A stretch of DNA of 64,000 nt, from contig OZ260664.1 of assembly GCA_965285935.1 (NCBI GenBank), positions 99,882,001-99,946,000 of the forward strand, read 5' to 3'. Position 1 is the first letter of the stretch. Every line of letters starts with the position of its first letter. Positions 51,032-64,000 of the stretch are shown piece after piece. This DNA comes from Ophelia neglecta. Its lineage: Eukaryota. Made by a program: the position numbers and the translations under genes. Below the pieces are notes generated by a model. That model saw only the letters and a program-made list of their open reading frames with translations, was not told where the DNA came from and ran no database searches.

Positions 51032-54000
51032 TTAAGTTGACTGATGTGGTGTGTTTTCATTATATGACACTACCGGAGTGGACACTATAGGAGCTACAGC
51101 ATTGCGGGATTTGACATCATCTCCGGGGGCCAGCGCAAAAATGAGAGCCAGAAACAACTGAAAAAAAGATGGACAACGGTTACCCTGTTTCTTTGATATT
51201 ACTATAGTATTCTTGGGAGTTTTGTATATTTCATGGTCAAGTTATTGACATAAAGATATAAAAATAATCCATGGGATATATCAGATAACATAATCTCCAT
51301 TTTTGACAGTTTTAAGCAATATGAACAGAGTTGTATACATGTATATACAGTGGTCCCTGTGATGAAGGGCCACCCCTATATCCAAGGAAAAGTGGCCCTA
51401 CAATGCAGGTGGTCCTTCATCGGAGGTACTTAATGGAAAAGATAGGACATGAGAATTCAAAAACTGTCCTGCCATTGCTGGTGGCCCTTCATCGGAGGGG
51501 CCCTACATTACAGGGACCACTGTACATCTCCGGTATGAATTAGAAGGGTACTACTCTCCTACCTGTACACCAATTACAGCACATGTGCCAAAGATCAGTA
51601 TCGTAATCATGGATTCATACCAGTCTTTCAGAGAGACAAGACACCCCTGAATTAAAGAATATAACTTTCACTTGGCCGACCGAGTCAACAAGCTTTGATG
51701 GATTTGACGTCAATTTGCAAGCTAATCCAAAAAGATGTTGTTACCTGACTATTGATGTAATCATTGTCATAACTGGATGTGATGTGTTGAACATCTTGAC
51801 AGGCTGTGAAGTTGACGACATTGGCCCAGCTATTTTCATCTGTAGACGCCATTTTACAGCAGGTGTAGGGGACCTGAAACAAGACAAATACAGAACTTCA
51901 AAAAACTTTCACTTTACAAAACATCCTTCTACCTGGTGATACAACACAAACAATCAGCACTACTTACTCTGATTGCAACCTGTACGGTACAAGCCTTCAA
52001 TTTTGTAGGCCTTACTCTTTATGCTTTAGTATTACACAAAGGTGTTTGTTCCCTTTTAATTTAGCATTTTTGTGGTATCCCATATAGGTCCTAATGCAAT
52101 ATGTTAAACAACATGGACTGCGAACTAACAAGAATTAAGTTGAACATGTTAATGTGTAGTGGCACAATGCCAGGAAGCAATAAATAAAGATCTATGAAAA
52201 GAATTTGTATTTTAGGAATTCAATGAAACCATAATTTCTGTAACAATTTGCCCCCTGTATTAATTCATGCACTTCAGTGTAGTATATTTTGAATTATTAT
52301 TTTGCCTGCAAAAATTAGCCCACCTCCAAAAAATCCTATAGTGGAGACTATAAATGTCTAGTAATTTAAATAATAATGATTTGTACTTTGCCTGTAAAAA
52401 TTTGCAGCTATAAATTTGATCAATATTAGGTGGGTGAATTATTACAGCTATTATGGTACATGGCAATATGGTCGTCAATAATACTAACAATTATAAGGCC
52501 ACTCACATGATACATGATGCAATATGTATTCATGAGAGTCAGTTATTAAGGAATTTTTTCACTGTTACCGGATTGCCTGTGGACATATAGAACGAACTTC
52601 TTGCATAATCCTGGGGACTGACAATACCACAACATTCATTCTGAAAAACGAAAGACAACATTAATACTATAATATATCTATTGTAATGCAACGAACATTA
52701 ATAAAGAATTTATTATCCTTTTTTCAGAAATTTAATTTTGAGGTGTTCACATATCATGGACCGTGTGCAATTATTACTCTTTTCTTTGTGACTCTTATGC
52801 TTTTACAGATAGAACAGTGCTGAGCTCACCCCTGTATATTAATTTTTTGAAAAATTAATAGCCCCAGTGGCATCCAACCCTTAAAAAGGTCATTCCATCC
52901 CCCCCCCCACAAAGTTTGTCTCCAATTTTTTTTTGGGGGGGGGAGCAATTAATATCACTTCTTAAGAAAACATCCTGAGTGGACTCAAAATGAAATCAAA
53001 ATGAAATCAATATGTGATGCTCAGCCCGTTTACTACTTCGGTACTAGCTGTTAATTCCTTGAAACTCTGGCCATTGTTTTTGGAAACTTCACATAGGAAA
53101 CAACATTATAAAAAGGTTAAAGTTTGAATCATGGCACCAGTTAATGTCAGTTATTAACTTCTTGTCTTCTTTGGCACTTGAATACACTGTAATTACCTTC
53201 ACTTGTATTTCATTCAAAAGGTGATCTTTTGTTAACTGGCTGTCTGCTGTAGTATTTTCATCGCTATAGTGTGCATGTAACCACATCGTCATGGAATCCT
53301 TGAAAGGTTTATTCTAGGATTTAAACACAATAATTAATAGACTTAATAATGATAATTTATATTATTATAATAATCTCTAATTTGGGTTGGGTATGTAGGA
53401 CATTGGGTCGATACGCTGATATTGTTGTGTTATCCATGTACCCTAGAGGTGGTTCATTCATGTGTGATTATAGTAATAAGGTTTATTTGCTTACATACAC
53501 CACATAATGTAACCACCTTTACAGTGCTTGGTGTTATCGCAGTGGTTTTGGGGTTCAAATCCCAACCATCAAAGAAGTGACCTAAATTTATACAAAATAG
53601 AAATTGAGGATTTGGATTTCATAAAAGTGTTAGTCATTCTTATTCAGTTTATTTACAATAATTAGTAATATTTTAGATCATTTTGTATATTTACATAAAT
53701 AATCAATTGTAATTTTGGTGGAAAGATATATTACAGTTAATAATTTTAGATTTTCTTAATTTTATTTTTTATATTTATTAAATAAAACTTATCAACAGGC
53801 AAAGGAGAAGAATAACAGGGAATAAGTGTATTTTAAACATCTTTATTCATAAGAAGAGATTTGTGAAAGTTAGTAATTTATTAGCTTAATATTACAAAAT
53901 TTTCAACTCATAGTTATTCATCAAATAACCGAGATCTTTTGTCTTAAGGATGGATGTTCAGAACTTGAGGTTGGGAAAAAGTATTATTTTTTGTGAAGGG

Positions 54001-55494
54001 TGGATAAGCTGAATTGGATTGGAATGGGTGTGCAGTTTAGCCATATTTTTGTCCCCAAAAACTTCAAGTGGAGCCAATCAATGTACATGTAACTGTGCAA
54101 CCAGGTGAAAAATGTTCCCTAACATTAAATTGTTTCAACGATGCCCCTACTTATTGTTTGCATGGTAAGAAACCCTATTGATTTTGGTAAACCATCCGCA
54201 TACACAAGTTTTAATTTTACAAGTGGTTGGTTTTTCGTAAAATTCAGGAATCTAAACCTGTGCAAAATTTTTACTGTAAAAGTATCCTTTCCACAAAACG
54301 GCTTTAGATCGCTTCAGCTATGGCCTCACGAACATTGAATGCAGGTAGGAGGACATTGGCCCAAATGTGCTATTCGCCATCAAGAAAGGGGAGCTGCTTG
54401 CACCATATAAATGTAGACAAATATAATTTGCTAATTGTCAGAGAACATATTTCCCGCTAACTGCAACATCTTATATCAATATAAAAGATAAAAGTGACTA
54501 TTCAACCAACCGCATGGGTCTGTAATCCCCACGTTGCTGCTACTATCTCAAGAACAAGACACAAGACACAATGTAGCCAAGACAAAGTACTGAAATATAA
54601 AAAAAAATTAACAGTTCAACTAGAAAACAATAACAAACTGGAATAAAACATTTGTTAATATATCAGTATATGTACGAAAATGCTTATAACTGTTACAACG
54701 TTTGAAGTAGTTGAGCGCTATACATTTCAATCAATCAAATCAAATAATCTTTATTGTCATCTGACATGAAGTACAATTAAACATAACAGTCAGGGTAACA
54801 ATAAGGGTAACAACCTGGTAGCCGTAAGTGCTCAACAATTTGAAATTTATAATACACTTTCATGTTGACTATTAATAGCCAATCGTTGCTGCCCATAAAC
54901 TGTATATTCTATGGAAAATTAATGATGATGACAATGGGGTGGAAGCAGAATTCTGCTTATATACCCGTTACTTATGTTCAAAATGCAGTAAATTAATTGT
55001 CTTTTGCGAAAACAAGTTATTTAAATCTGAAAAAAAGTGTTATTAGTGGCTGACCAGTTTCAGTTTGCCATTCGCAGTTTTGCTGATACAGAAACCGAGT
55101 ATAGTGGTGCATAGCAGGAGAAGACCAGTTCCTTCCAAAGTGTACAGCATGACGAACCATTCAAAAACGTACGGAAACGTAGATCTCAATGTGGTTAATG
55201 CATAACTTAGTGGCCATTTCCGGTATGACTGATACCAAATCCACCCGGCGGCGCTTGACACAAATAGGGCCGATACCTGAAGGAGTCAAAGTAGAGAATA
55301 ACAGAAATGGTATACCTACATGCTTGATAAAATTGTTTTTTTATTCCTGTTTAAAATTTCTTATTTTCCATTTGTTTACGGCCTCATAAAACATTGTGCT
55401 TTACAACATAAGACGAAATGCAGAACTCATTACTTACAAAGTGAAAAAGGTTAAGTATCTTAAAGAGAGCTCCTTCTCCCCTCAATGATGCCAT
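51032..55494 (-). CDS. Tetraspanin family protein (292 aa if intact); this copy has a 7-bp frameshifting duplication in coding exon 3
   Basis: Exons 55494-55438, 55276-55055, 54589-54511, 53313-53197, 52640-52569, 51873-51745, 51646-51563, 51157-51032. Four TM segments with the polar residues N (TM1), E (TM3) and Q (TM4), and EC2 motifs ECCG, VPYTCC, C, GC. All exons are phase 0 except the 79-nt exon 3. Confidence 0.85.
51348..51522. mobile_element. MITE with TA TSD, TIR CAGTGGTCCCTG, in the last tetraspanin intron
   Basis: TA-CAGTGGTCCCTGT...ACAGGGACCACTG-TA. Homologous to 7535-7712 in the opposite orientation. Confidence 0.9.
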
Positions 55495-56006
55495 GTTTAC
55501 AAGAGGAAAGGGTGTTCTTCCGTGACTTCAATTTACAACAGAATAGTGTTTTACTGAAAAAGATCATTCAGAAGATAAACCTATTAAAGTAGGAGTGTTT
55601 TTATCAAAAATGCTTAAGTAGGGTTCTCTAAATTTGCACTTAAAGGAATAATATCTCACTTTAATGAATACAAACCCAATTCAGATGTTTTAACTGTTAC
55701 CTGGGGATGGGGTGGGGTGGCACTTGCCTTGAAAATCGGATATTTGTGCGCTGACAACTTTGAAATAAAGTTGAATTCTCTAAATTGGGACCGAGATTTA
55801 AGTGGACAAAACCTTGTATTATAACTGAAGACCGGGTCAATACTGTACATTGAGACTCATTAACTATTTATGGGGGTTAAAAAGCCGATAACAACCCTCA
55901 TCATTTGCTCTGGTGATGGCCCATCTCAAGTGAGTGGAGGAAAGGAGGTTTGAAGCGCTACATTATCCTAAAAAGAGAGAGTCGAAACTCACTCATTATG
56001 TATTAA

Positions 56007-56252
56007 AAACTTACAAGCCTGGGAATTAATATTAAATGGGACATCTAGTGTTTTATACCCAATAAATACCGTGATATCAAGACGCCTACACATATGTGTG
56101 AAGTATGTCTCTCTTTTCAAGTTGAGGCCAAGGTTGTACCAGCGTGGTAAAGCGTGTGACCATGAATATTTTGGCTATTAAATATTCTGCGCTTTAGATA
56201 TAAAAATTTAAGAGGGTAGTTAATCACAATACGAGATTCGCATTTGTGATTG
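56007..56252 (+). repeat. Left arm of a ~245-bp inverted duplication
   Basis: Near-identical reverse complement of 58888-59137. Confidence 0.92.
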
Positions 56253-58887
56253 AAAGAACAATGTTTACATTAACACGAATTTCCAAGTTTAAAATTAGAA
56301 ACATCATTTCCTAAACATCAAAGCTACAAGGGAGAAACCCGAAATTACGAAAAAAACACCATATTTCATGTTTAATATTTGAAGTTTCGTCTTTCTGAAA
56401 TTGAAATCAGTTTATTCGCTCTACAGGTAGTCAAAAGGAATAGTTTAAGCTAGATTAGCATACAGTGAATTCATAAACATTAAATAACTCACTAGATAAT
56501 GGCAAGGAATCAAGTCTTTAAAAAAGACTGCGGCAAGATTGCATTGAATTGGTTCTTGCGAAAGCCTGGGGACTAAAGTTTCGCGTTGACACCTGTCGAC
56601 ACTGACATCTCTCACTCTAGGGGGTATATGTGCAGAATATATGCCGATATTTATATATAACTTTATTTCCTTCGATATCGAATAGTACAATTATCATTGT
56701 GAATTACATAAATATAAGTGAATCAATTTGAGGTGAAAACAAATTACATATGAATGGGAATTTTAAACAAAGGAAATTAAATACTTCTTTTAGGTTAGGG
56801 TTTCGCGAGCAAGGCTAATTTACATTTTATAATCATTCCTCCCATGATTAAATCGTTGTGTCATAACTATAAATGTTAACTAGTACTGTTCAATTGTAAA
56901 TGATTAGGAATGATTGACTTATTATTGACATAAAGAGATACAGTAATCTTATTTTACTTAAATGGATCGCATCATACAAGAATATCACGATAACCGACAT
57001 GTTTTGTATTAGCATTTTGCTAAATTCCCTATTTTCTCTATTTTGCGAAATTAATTGCCGCAAACTATGAAAAAGTGCCCTAGGTCCTGTTTTGAGTATT
57101 AGAAATTTTGCGAAATGATATTCTATCGGAAACCTATTTCTTTTAAATTTGCAAAATAAAATACCCGAACATCTCTACTTTACAGTATTTTTCTAAACTG
57201 GCTTTACTTGTTTACGCATTTCATCATGTTTAATAATCATATATATCATTAATTATTAGTGGTATCTCATACCTAACCTCATTCCCTGCTATGATTATTT
57301 ATCCTGTGTTCTTTTTACTATTTGATAAATGCCATTATTTATCTTTAATTTTCCAAATATTTAGTCTATTTGTTTAGTTTCTCTTTTTTGTTTCTTTCTT
57401 AATAACAACTTTTGTAATCGAACATTTTGAATTGAATTGAAAATGATTACCATAGTTTGTAGATGCAAACTTTTAACTTACCTTTAGCGAAGACGATGTT
57501 AACACACTAAGCAAAGTGGATAGCTTTTGTAACTATCCGTCTGCTCTTGTGGATGTAAATCGTGTTTGACTGATCGTGTCTTTTATAAGTTACCTTTAAC
57601 AATGTCTCATTGGGCTGCCACATACATTTGGTAGTATGTGGGGTGTTATAAATGAATTACAACATTGCAATGCTTTATAGGCGATTGAAATGTTAAGCAC
57701 ATCCTATTGCATGTCATATGGTTGAGGTCAGTCAGTTTAAATTTCTTCAAAAAGCAAATGCTTTGAGGCTTTATGTTATTAGACAATCCTGCCGTTGTTG
57801 GGTTTTCTTGCCTCATAGGCTTTTTATTGTGTGGCTCACATGGGACCAAGAGGATATCAGCCCCTATTAAGAGCTATTAATTTATGGTGCTTACATCAGC
57901 TTACCGGTAATTCAAATGATTAGTCATCAGTGCCTACTGATTACAGATGCACCTGTAGTCATAGATTGACCAGTGACTGGCGATGCCTAGCAAAATGCTT
58001 ATTTAATCCCAGAGGAAAGCTTGGAGACCTTATTAGTAGGCACATGCAATGTGAACTAAGATCACAGTTTAAGATAAGCATGGCAACCTGTATGGAACTA
58101 TGTGGATAACATAAAGTCTTGGCAGGTGTAGCTTAATAATGCGCAGATTATATCAATAGGTAAATTTATTGAGAGACATAAAGTTTCAAATATTTTGCCA
58201 AGAAAAACCTGCGCCCCCTCCCCCCATCAAACATGAAATTACCTGAAATGTCCACAAAACAAAAAAAAGAAAAAAGTTTTGAACATTTTGTCGAAAAAAA
58301 GTCCTTTAAAAACTACCCCCTACCATAAAAAATTGGATATTTTACAAAAAAAAAAAGATATTACCCATCCCCCAGCTTAGTATTTAGATTATGCTGATGT
58401 CAGCAGTATAAATTTAATAGCTCTGCCTCCTACGTGATTATATACGTATTACATGTATAAGCTTACTGTATGTACTAGTTGTTTTGCATGAACAGTATAG
58501 GCTTACTGTATGTACTAGTGCTTCATGCCAAAGGGGGTCAATAAGAATGGAAGGGGGCATGGATGGCGTGTGTGTTGAGGGGGGGGGGGGTAGGTTGGGA
58601 AGAGTTGGGTGTCTCTGTAAACTTAAGTACTCCCTAAGTATATAGTAAAACGTTTGAAAGTGCGACATAACTTAAACTCCCTCCCGACACCCCCCCACCC
58701 CCACCCCTACCCCCATTCTTAGGGGGGGGGCAAAATTATGTGACCTATTCTTAAGGGGGAGGGGGCAGTTTTTATTACCCATTCTTAAGGCGCGGGGGGG
58801 GGGGGTAACTTTTTTTCATGTATTCCACTCGCTGAACCACCGCCCCCACCCCGGCCATAAATAATGACCGCTCCCTTACTGCATGTG

Positions 58888-59137
58888 CAATCACAAATGC
58901 GAATCTCGTATTGTGCGATTAACTACCCTCTTAAATATTTGTATCTAAAGCGCAGAATATTTAATAGCCAAAATATTCATGGTCACACGCTTTACCACGC
59001 TGGTACAACCTTGGCCTCAACTTGAACCAGAGAGACATACTTCACACATGTGTGTAGGCGTCTTGATATCACGGTATTTATTGGGTGTAAGAACACTAGA
59101 TGTCACCATTAATATCAATTTCCACGCTTGTAAGTTT
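58888..59137 (-). repeat. Right arm of a ~245-bp inverted duplication
   Basis: Near-identical reverse complement of 56007-56252. Confidence 0.92.
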
Positions 59138-60002
59138 ATTGACGCTTGGTCCCTAAAGTTAGCTGTACCGGTCAGTTAAATAATTTGTAATTTCCTGCCT
59201 GATCCCCAAACTGATCAACACAATTCATTCCCTAGTAAGTTAATTGGAGGCTACATCCAAGTTCAAATAGTTCCGTATTTGAATAAGCCACTAACCCGTA
59301 GTTGTAGGATGGTTCCAGCCGTTAATTCTTTATTCACTTCTTTCAAAAATGTAAAAAAGTCAAAACAATACATACAGTTGTTAATCAACCAGTACAACAT
59401 GTTTAAGTGTCATTAATGAAAAAATCGAGGCGACTGGCGTAGTAAAATTTCACTTCGAAGATCAAAAGTTGAATATAAGGTATAGGCCTACTGGCAACTT
59501 CAGGCCCAGAGGCCGATTCGAATAAGGAAATTAAGGAGCTGGGAACTGGCCTCCACCTGTAGGTTGTACTACATACGGCTGGGATTTACGTGTTTCAGAA
59601 TAGTTTAGTATTTTTCCTGTCATACACAGTTCTTTAAATTTTGCCTCATAATTACGGATAAATATAAATTTCTGCAAATAAGTATTAGGCCACATAAAAT
59701 TAATAAAAATTGTTCCTTATGCTTTTATTTTTGATTAGAAAAGGGGGTGAAGCAGGCTTTATTTTCATTTCGGTACAATAGGTTAAGGCAGGTTCTTAAG
59801 ACAATTTTTTATAGTTTTTTTTCTGAGTATTTAGTGCCCCTAAAAAGAGGGTGGTGGGAAGGGTGGGGGCGGTGGGGTGGGGGGAGAGGCTGCGCGGATG
59901 ATTTATCTATTTGTCGGGCGGAGATGTGGTTCGGAGATCTGGTGCGGCGATTTTTATTATTCTCAGAACGGAAATAAAAAGGGACGCAAGGAAACACGTG
60001 GC

Positions 60003-60214
60003 CTAAGGGGGCAATTTGAATTTAACCCCGAAAATTGAAAGGGGGGAGGGGGTCAAAGAATCAGCGGGGTTTCTGGTAGGGGTCGGGTAAGAAATTGGCG
60101 CGGTCTCTGACAGGTTGGGGGGGGGGGGGGTCATAAAAGTTTTACCGACACTTGAACATGGATTGATTTGTGCCCCCCCCCCCCCCCCTCCTCCATAATA
60201 AATGGCCACCCCTA
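60003..60214. mobile_element. MITE-like element with TAAGGG...CCCTAA ends and poly-G/C tracts
   Basis: CTAAGGGGGCAATTTG...ATAATAAATGGCCACCCCTAA. A similar end, ATAAATAATGACCGCTCCCTTA, lies at ~58857-58878. Confidence 0.5.
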
Positions 60215-60369
60215 ATGCTTTAATTGACATAAGCTATCGTGTTATATATATTTGTTTATTGGCCTCCGCTTTCCGGAGAGTACAAAATATATAAGTTTAT
60301 TTATAAACTGATGTAAACCAGTAGTACGCCAACCAAACATACTCTACAGCTGATTCTGTAGTGGTGTAC

Positions 60370-60700
60370 TCAATTTATACGATTCACTCTAGGCAAGGTT
60401 CTACCCTGATATATGTATTTGATTGAAACTTTCTGAGGTTTACTACAGTGTACGCATTTTCGGTACATATCAACTATTTTTGCGAGAACAACTGGTTGAT
60501 ATGCATTAGCACATGACCGACAATCTAGCAGATTTTGACAAATATTTATGCCGCGTGTGCGTAGGACTTCACGGTCGACACACCCGATCACCACTGTTCG
60601 CTCTTCATGCGTTTCTGGACATAGTAGTAACAAGTGCTCGAGGTCATCTCTCTCGTCATGGCATATAGTCTGTATTTCGCTGTAATTTAAATCGCTTAAG
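60370..60700 (-). mobile_element. Degenerate 3' fragment of a non-LTR retrotransposon ORF2 (C-terminal Cys/His finger)
   Basis: The minus strand reads ICHDERDDLEHLLLLCP, resembling the C...E...H....C motif at the end of LINE ORF2. The upstream frame is broken. Confidence 0.45.
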
Positions 60701-62214
60701 GATTTATGTCAACCTCAAACCAATGCATTGACACCATACATTACACAACATGGGGGAAATGCCTATTTATTTAAATATGATCCCACACGGAAGCTGAATG
60801 CTGTGAAACTAGCAAGAGGCTCGTGTCACATATCACGTGATTTTATAGATTGTTAACCCATCAGCTGAATAGATAATGACTTAATCGTGCTCGGTTTAAG
60901 TGGCTAAACTGATGTAAGTGTAAGGAATTTTGCAGGTGCAGATTCCAGGAAGGGGAGATCCCCCCCCCCCGCCGGTACTCGACAAAAATTGAATTATGGT
61001 CGTAACCTTTCTACCCCCCCCCCCTAGAAACATGCGTTATTTTAAATGAACGAGATTCAAACTGTGAACCGGGAACCGAGACCCCCCTAACCCCTTCCCC
61101 CTCCGGGGATTCCTCTGGACAGAAAAGGAAAGGTGAGGGAGGGGATGGGGACTTTCATACAGGGCCAGAACGGGTATGTGCGTTGGTTTTGACTCCCGGC
61201 CCCCTTCCCCCTATTCGCCATGAGCTCGATCTTTTAGAGCCCTTTGTTTTAGGACACTCTATTTTAGAGGGATCGTTTTGACCCCATTTTTCCCATGGCG
61301 GCAGATCGTTCAGGGTCCAGATTTCAAGTTGCTGCTTCACACCCTCGCCCTATATTGTGCTCCCCTCGGGGAGGAATCACTTTAGCATACTACTAAGGGA
61401 CGGAATTCGATATCAGAAAGCAGGGTGAAATATGGTTCGGGACATTTTCCTGCGCGCGGAAATTTCTTGGTTGACAGTACATGGCACTGTTTAATCTAAC
61501 TTTAAATTTGTGCTTTTGTAAAAAATGACATTATGGGTTTATTTCTGTGGTTAGCTTCATAGCTGACCAATTCATTTATTAAGGCGCATGCGTATCGGTC
61601 ACAGTTCACGCGGCTGTCGATGTTCCATATATATATATAATAGAATTGTTTATAGGGCATATGACATCATATGTAATTTGAATACTTAAGGTCATTGGTG
61701 AAGCCCCATCGGAAGTTGCACAAAAAAGACCATATTTCAAGGTACAATATATTTCCATTCACAATAGGTTTTTCAACACGTATATAGGTTTGTCGAGAAA
61801 CCCCTACACAATACAACCAGGGAGGCTGTTCGGCCAATGCTTTAATAGAAGGCCTATATATCTAAACAATAACTGCATGTAACGTTACGAATTTACTTTT
61901 AATACCGTGAACTATAAAAAGAGAAAAAAATAGCAAAATGATAGTAGAATTTGCTGGTTAAAAATATAGTAACTAACAGATGTGTGAAAGCTATCTAGCG
62001 CTTAGGCAGCTGGTGTGCTTTTGCTGAGACAATTTCTCTCAATTTGGCCAGTTATTTGCCTTGTTGTTCGATGGGAGACTATTGTGGTGCATTGTGATTG
62101 CTTCAGGGTCTGGACCTGGATCTTTTTTTGTAGAATTTTGCATGGAATATATGACTTTTAGGTGATTTTATGTTGTTCTGGATGGAAATTCATATGGATT
62201 GCTGTTTTCACTAA

Positions 62215-64000
62215 ATGTTTCTTGATTGTTGTGAAAGCATGCTTTTGTTGTTAGCATTCATCATGTGCATCGCCAGTGCTTTTAAACCAGTACATCAGTA
62301 TAGCCGTGAACAACTACTCGGGCTTCGACAGCTGAACACAAGGTTGGATGTGGTTCTACTTCAGAAGCTAAGAGCCTATCATGACATAGCTGTGAACATC
62401 CGTCCAGCTACGAGGAGAGGTACAGTCGGTGGCAGGAACCACTACTCCCGTATCCAGCCATTGACAGGTCACAGCTTTCAAGACTTAAGCACTGACACTT
62501 CACCGCAGTCAGTGGACGACGATCGATTCTGCACTAGGCAGAATGGAGTGAACAGCAGTAATCTTAAGCATGTGCTCATTGCTAACAATACTGCCTCACA
62601 GTCTGTTGATCCGAACGGTGCTTGTGTTAGGGTAAAGAATGGCAGCACTACTGGTAACAATAAACTGTCTGCTTGTCTGTTCAATGCGCGTTCCGTGAAG
62701 AACAAAACAACTTTGATATCAGACTATATCTCAACCCATAACCATGACATTGTAGCCATAACTGAGACATGGCTTAGACCAGGAGAAACTGATAAAGTGG
62801 TTATTGGTGACATTGTTCCACCTGGCTATGAAATACGCCACATTCCTAGAGACTCTGGTTATGGAGGAGTTGCATTTGTGTATAAAAGTAATATAGAAAT
62901 TGTGAAGGAAGCAACACATTGCTTCAAGTCTTTTGAAAGCTTAGATATTGTTTATAAAATTAATTCCAAGTGTTTGGTTAGGGCAATTGTTATCTATAGA
63001 CCTCCACCTTCTAGTAAAAATAGGCTTTCCTTTGTACAATTCAATGAGGAATTTGGTATATTTTTAGAGAGTCTAGCTCTTGAAACAACGCCTATAGTAA
63101 TACTTGGTGACTTCAACTTGCATGTGAATGATAAAAGAGACATCAATGCCAACAAATTTATTGATCTATTGGAATCATGTGATTTTGAGCAACTTGTACA
63201 TGAGCCCACTCATATAAGTGGCCATACCCTGGACTTGATTCTGACTAGGTCCAATAATGATTTTCTTACAGGTGTAAATATTGCATTCCCTATTTCCGAT
63301 CATTTCAGTGTTCACTTGAGTCTTGCTCTTGAAAAACCTATCAATCAGGTTCGCAAGATAAGCTATAGAAATTTCAAGGAAATTGACAGGGAAAAACTTA
63401 GCTTTGACATAAAGTCATCAGAACTTGTTGCAAATATTGGTACTTTTGAAGATGTTACTACTCTTGTAGACAAATATGATTCTGTACTCAGCTCAATTCT
63501 CGATAGTCACGCTCCAGAGAAAACAAAACTTGTAAGGGTCCAATCACAGGGCTCATGGTATAGCAAGGCTATAAATGATGCAAAGAGAATTAGGAGAAAG
63601 TTAGAGCGCCTCTGGAAAAAAACTAGATTGCATGTGCATTATGATATGTGTAAAGCTCAAGGCAAAATTGTATCAAAAATGATCGATGAGGCGAAAACAG
63701 ATTATTTTAATAACCGTATTGTTGAAAACCCCAAGGATCAGAAAGCACTCTATAAGATTATCGATGGCTTGCTGCATCGTAATGCTAATTCTCCACTGCC
63801 CTCACACAGTTCACCAGAGGCTCTTGCAAACAAGTTTGCCCAATTTTTCGGTGATAAGGTTAGAAAAATCCAAACTCAGTTGGCATCTGGCCGTGATTTA
63901 GGCATTGCTGAGCCCCCTGAAAACTTTGAGGGAATAGTGCTCAATGTATTCTCGCTTGCTACGACTGACGAAATTAGAAATGTCATTAAGGAGTCGTCAA
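62215..64000 (+). mobile_element. L2/CR1-group LINE: uninterrupted ORF with an APE endonuclease, running off the window (RT expected downstream)
   Basis: Open frame from ATG 62215/62239 to 64000, absent from the ORF track because it has no stop. APE motifs FNARSVKNK, AITETWL, GGVAFVYK, IYRPP, ILGDFN, PTH.SGHTLDLI, SDH, then linker motifs LDSHAP, RRKLERLWKK, FF..KV..I. The probable 5' UTR starts near 61975. Confidence 0.92.

Noticed and set aside
53530-53575. A/B-box-like fragment (GCAGTGG...GGTTCAAATCCC)
   Set aside because: Too short and internally deleted to call; at most a SINE head remnant.

Overview
Eukaryotic, AT-rich, intron- and repeat-rich animal DNA. A lophotrochozoan such as a mollusc is likely from the SINE/MITE/Helentron repertoire, but this is inference. 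There is one 100-N gap at 4012-4111. Five spliced genes could be reconstructed exon by exon: (1) glutamine-dependent NAD+ synthetase NADSYN1 (+, first exon upstream of the window, apparent ~250-aa C-terminal extension); (2) a two-exon mGluR-like class C GPCR (-); (3) cofactor-dependent phosphoglycerate mutase (-); (4) the U5 snRNP assembly factor AAR2 (+), head-to-head with the mutase; (5) a tetraspanin (-) carrying a 7-bp frameshifting duplication. Mobile DNA includes L2/CR1-group LINEs (two 3' fragments and an intact-looking 5' half at the window end), a tRNA-Ala-derived SINE with a perfect 13-bp TSD, several TA- and TTA-target MITEs, a hAT-like element and a Helentron-type (HINE) element. 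Two observations stand out. First, four independent tandem arrays in three genes are each built from the gene's own splice junction, producing runs of decoy donors or acceptors; the copies traced in frame lead to premature stops or frameshifts. Second, a LINE with no visible ORF1 has an ORF that starts with a signal-peptide-like segment and a canonical YxxxxL-phi (eIF4E-binding-type) motif. All of this was read by eye; no database search was run.
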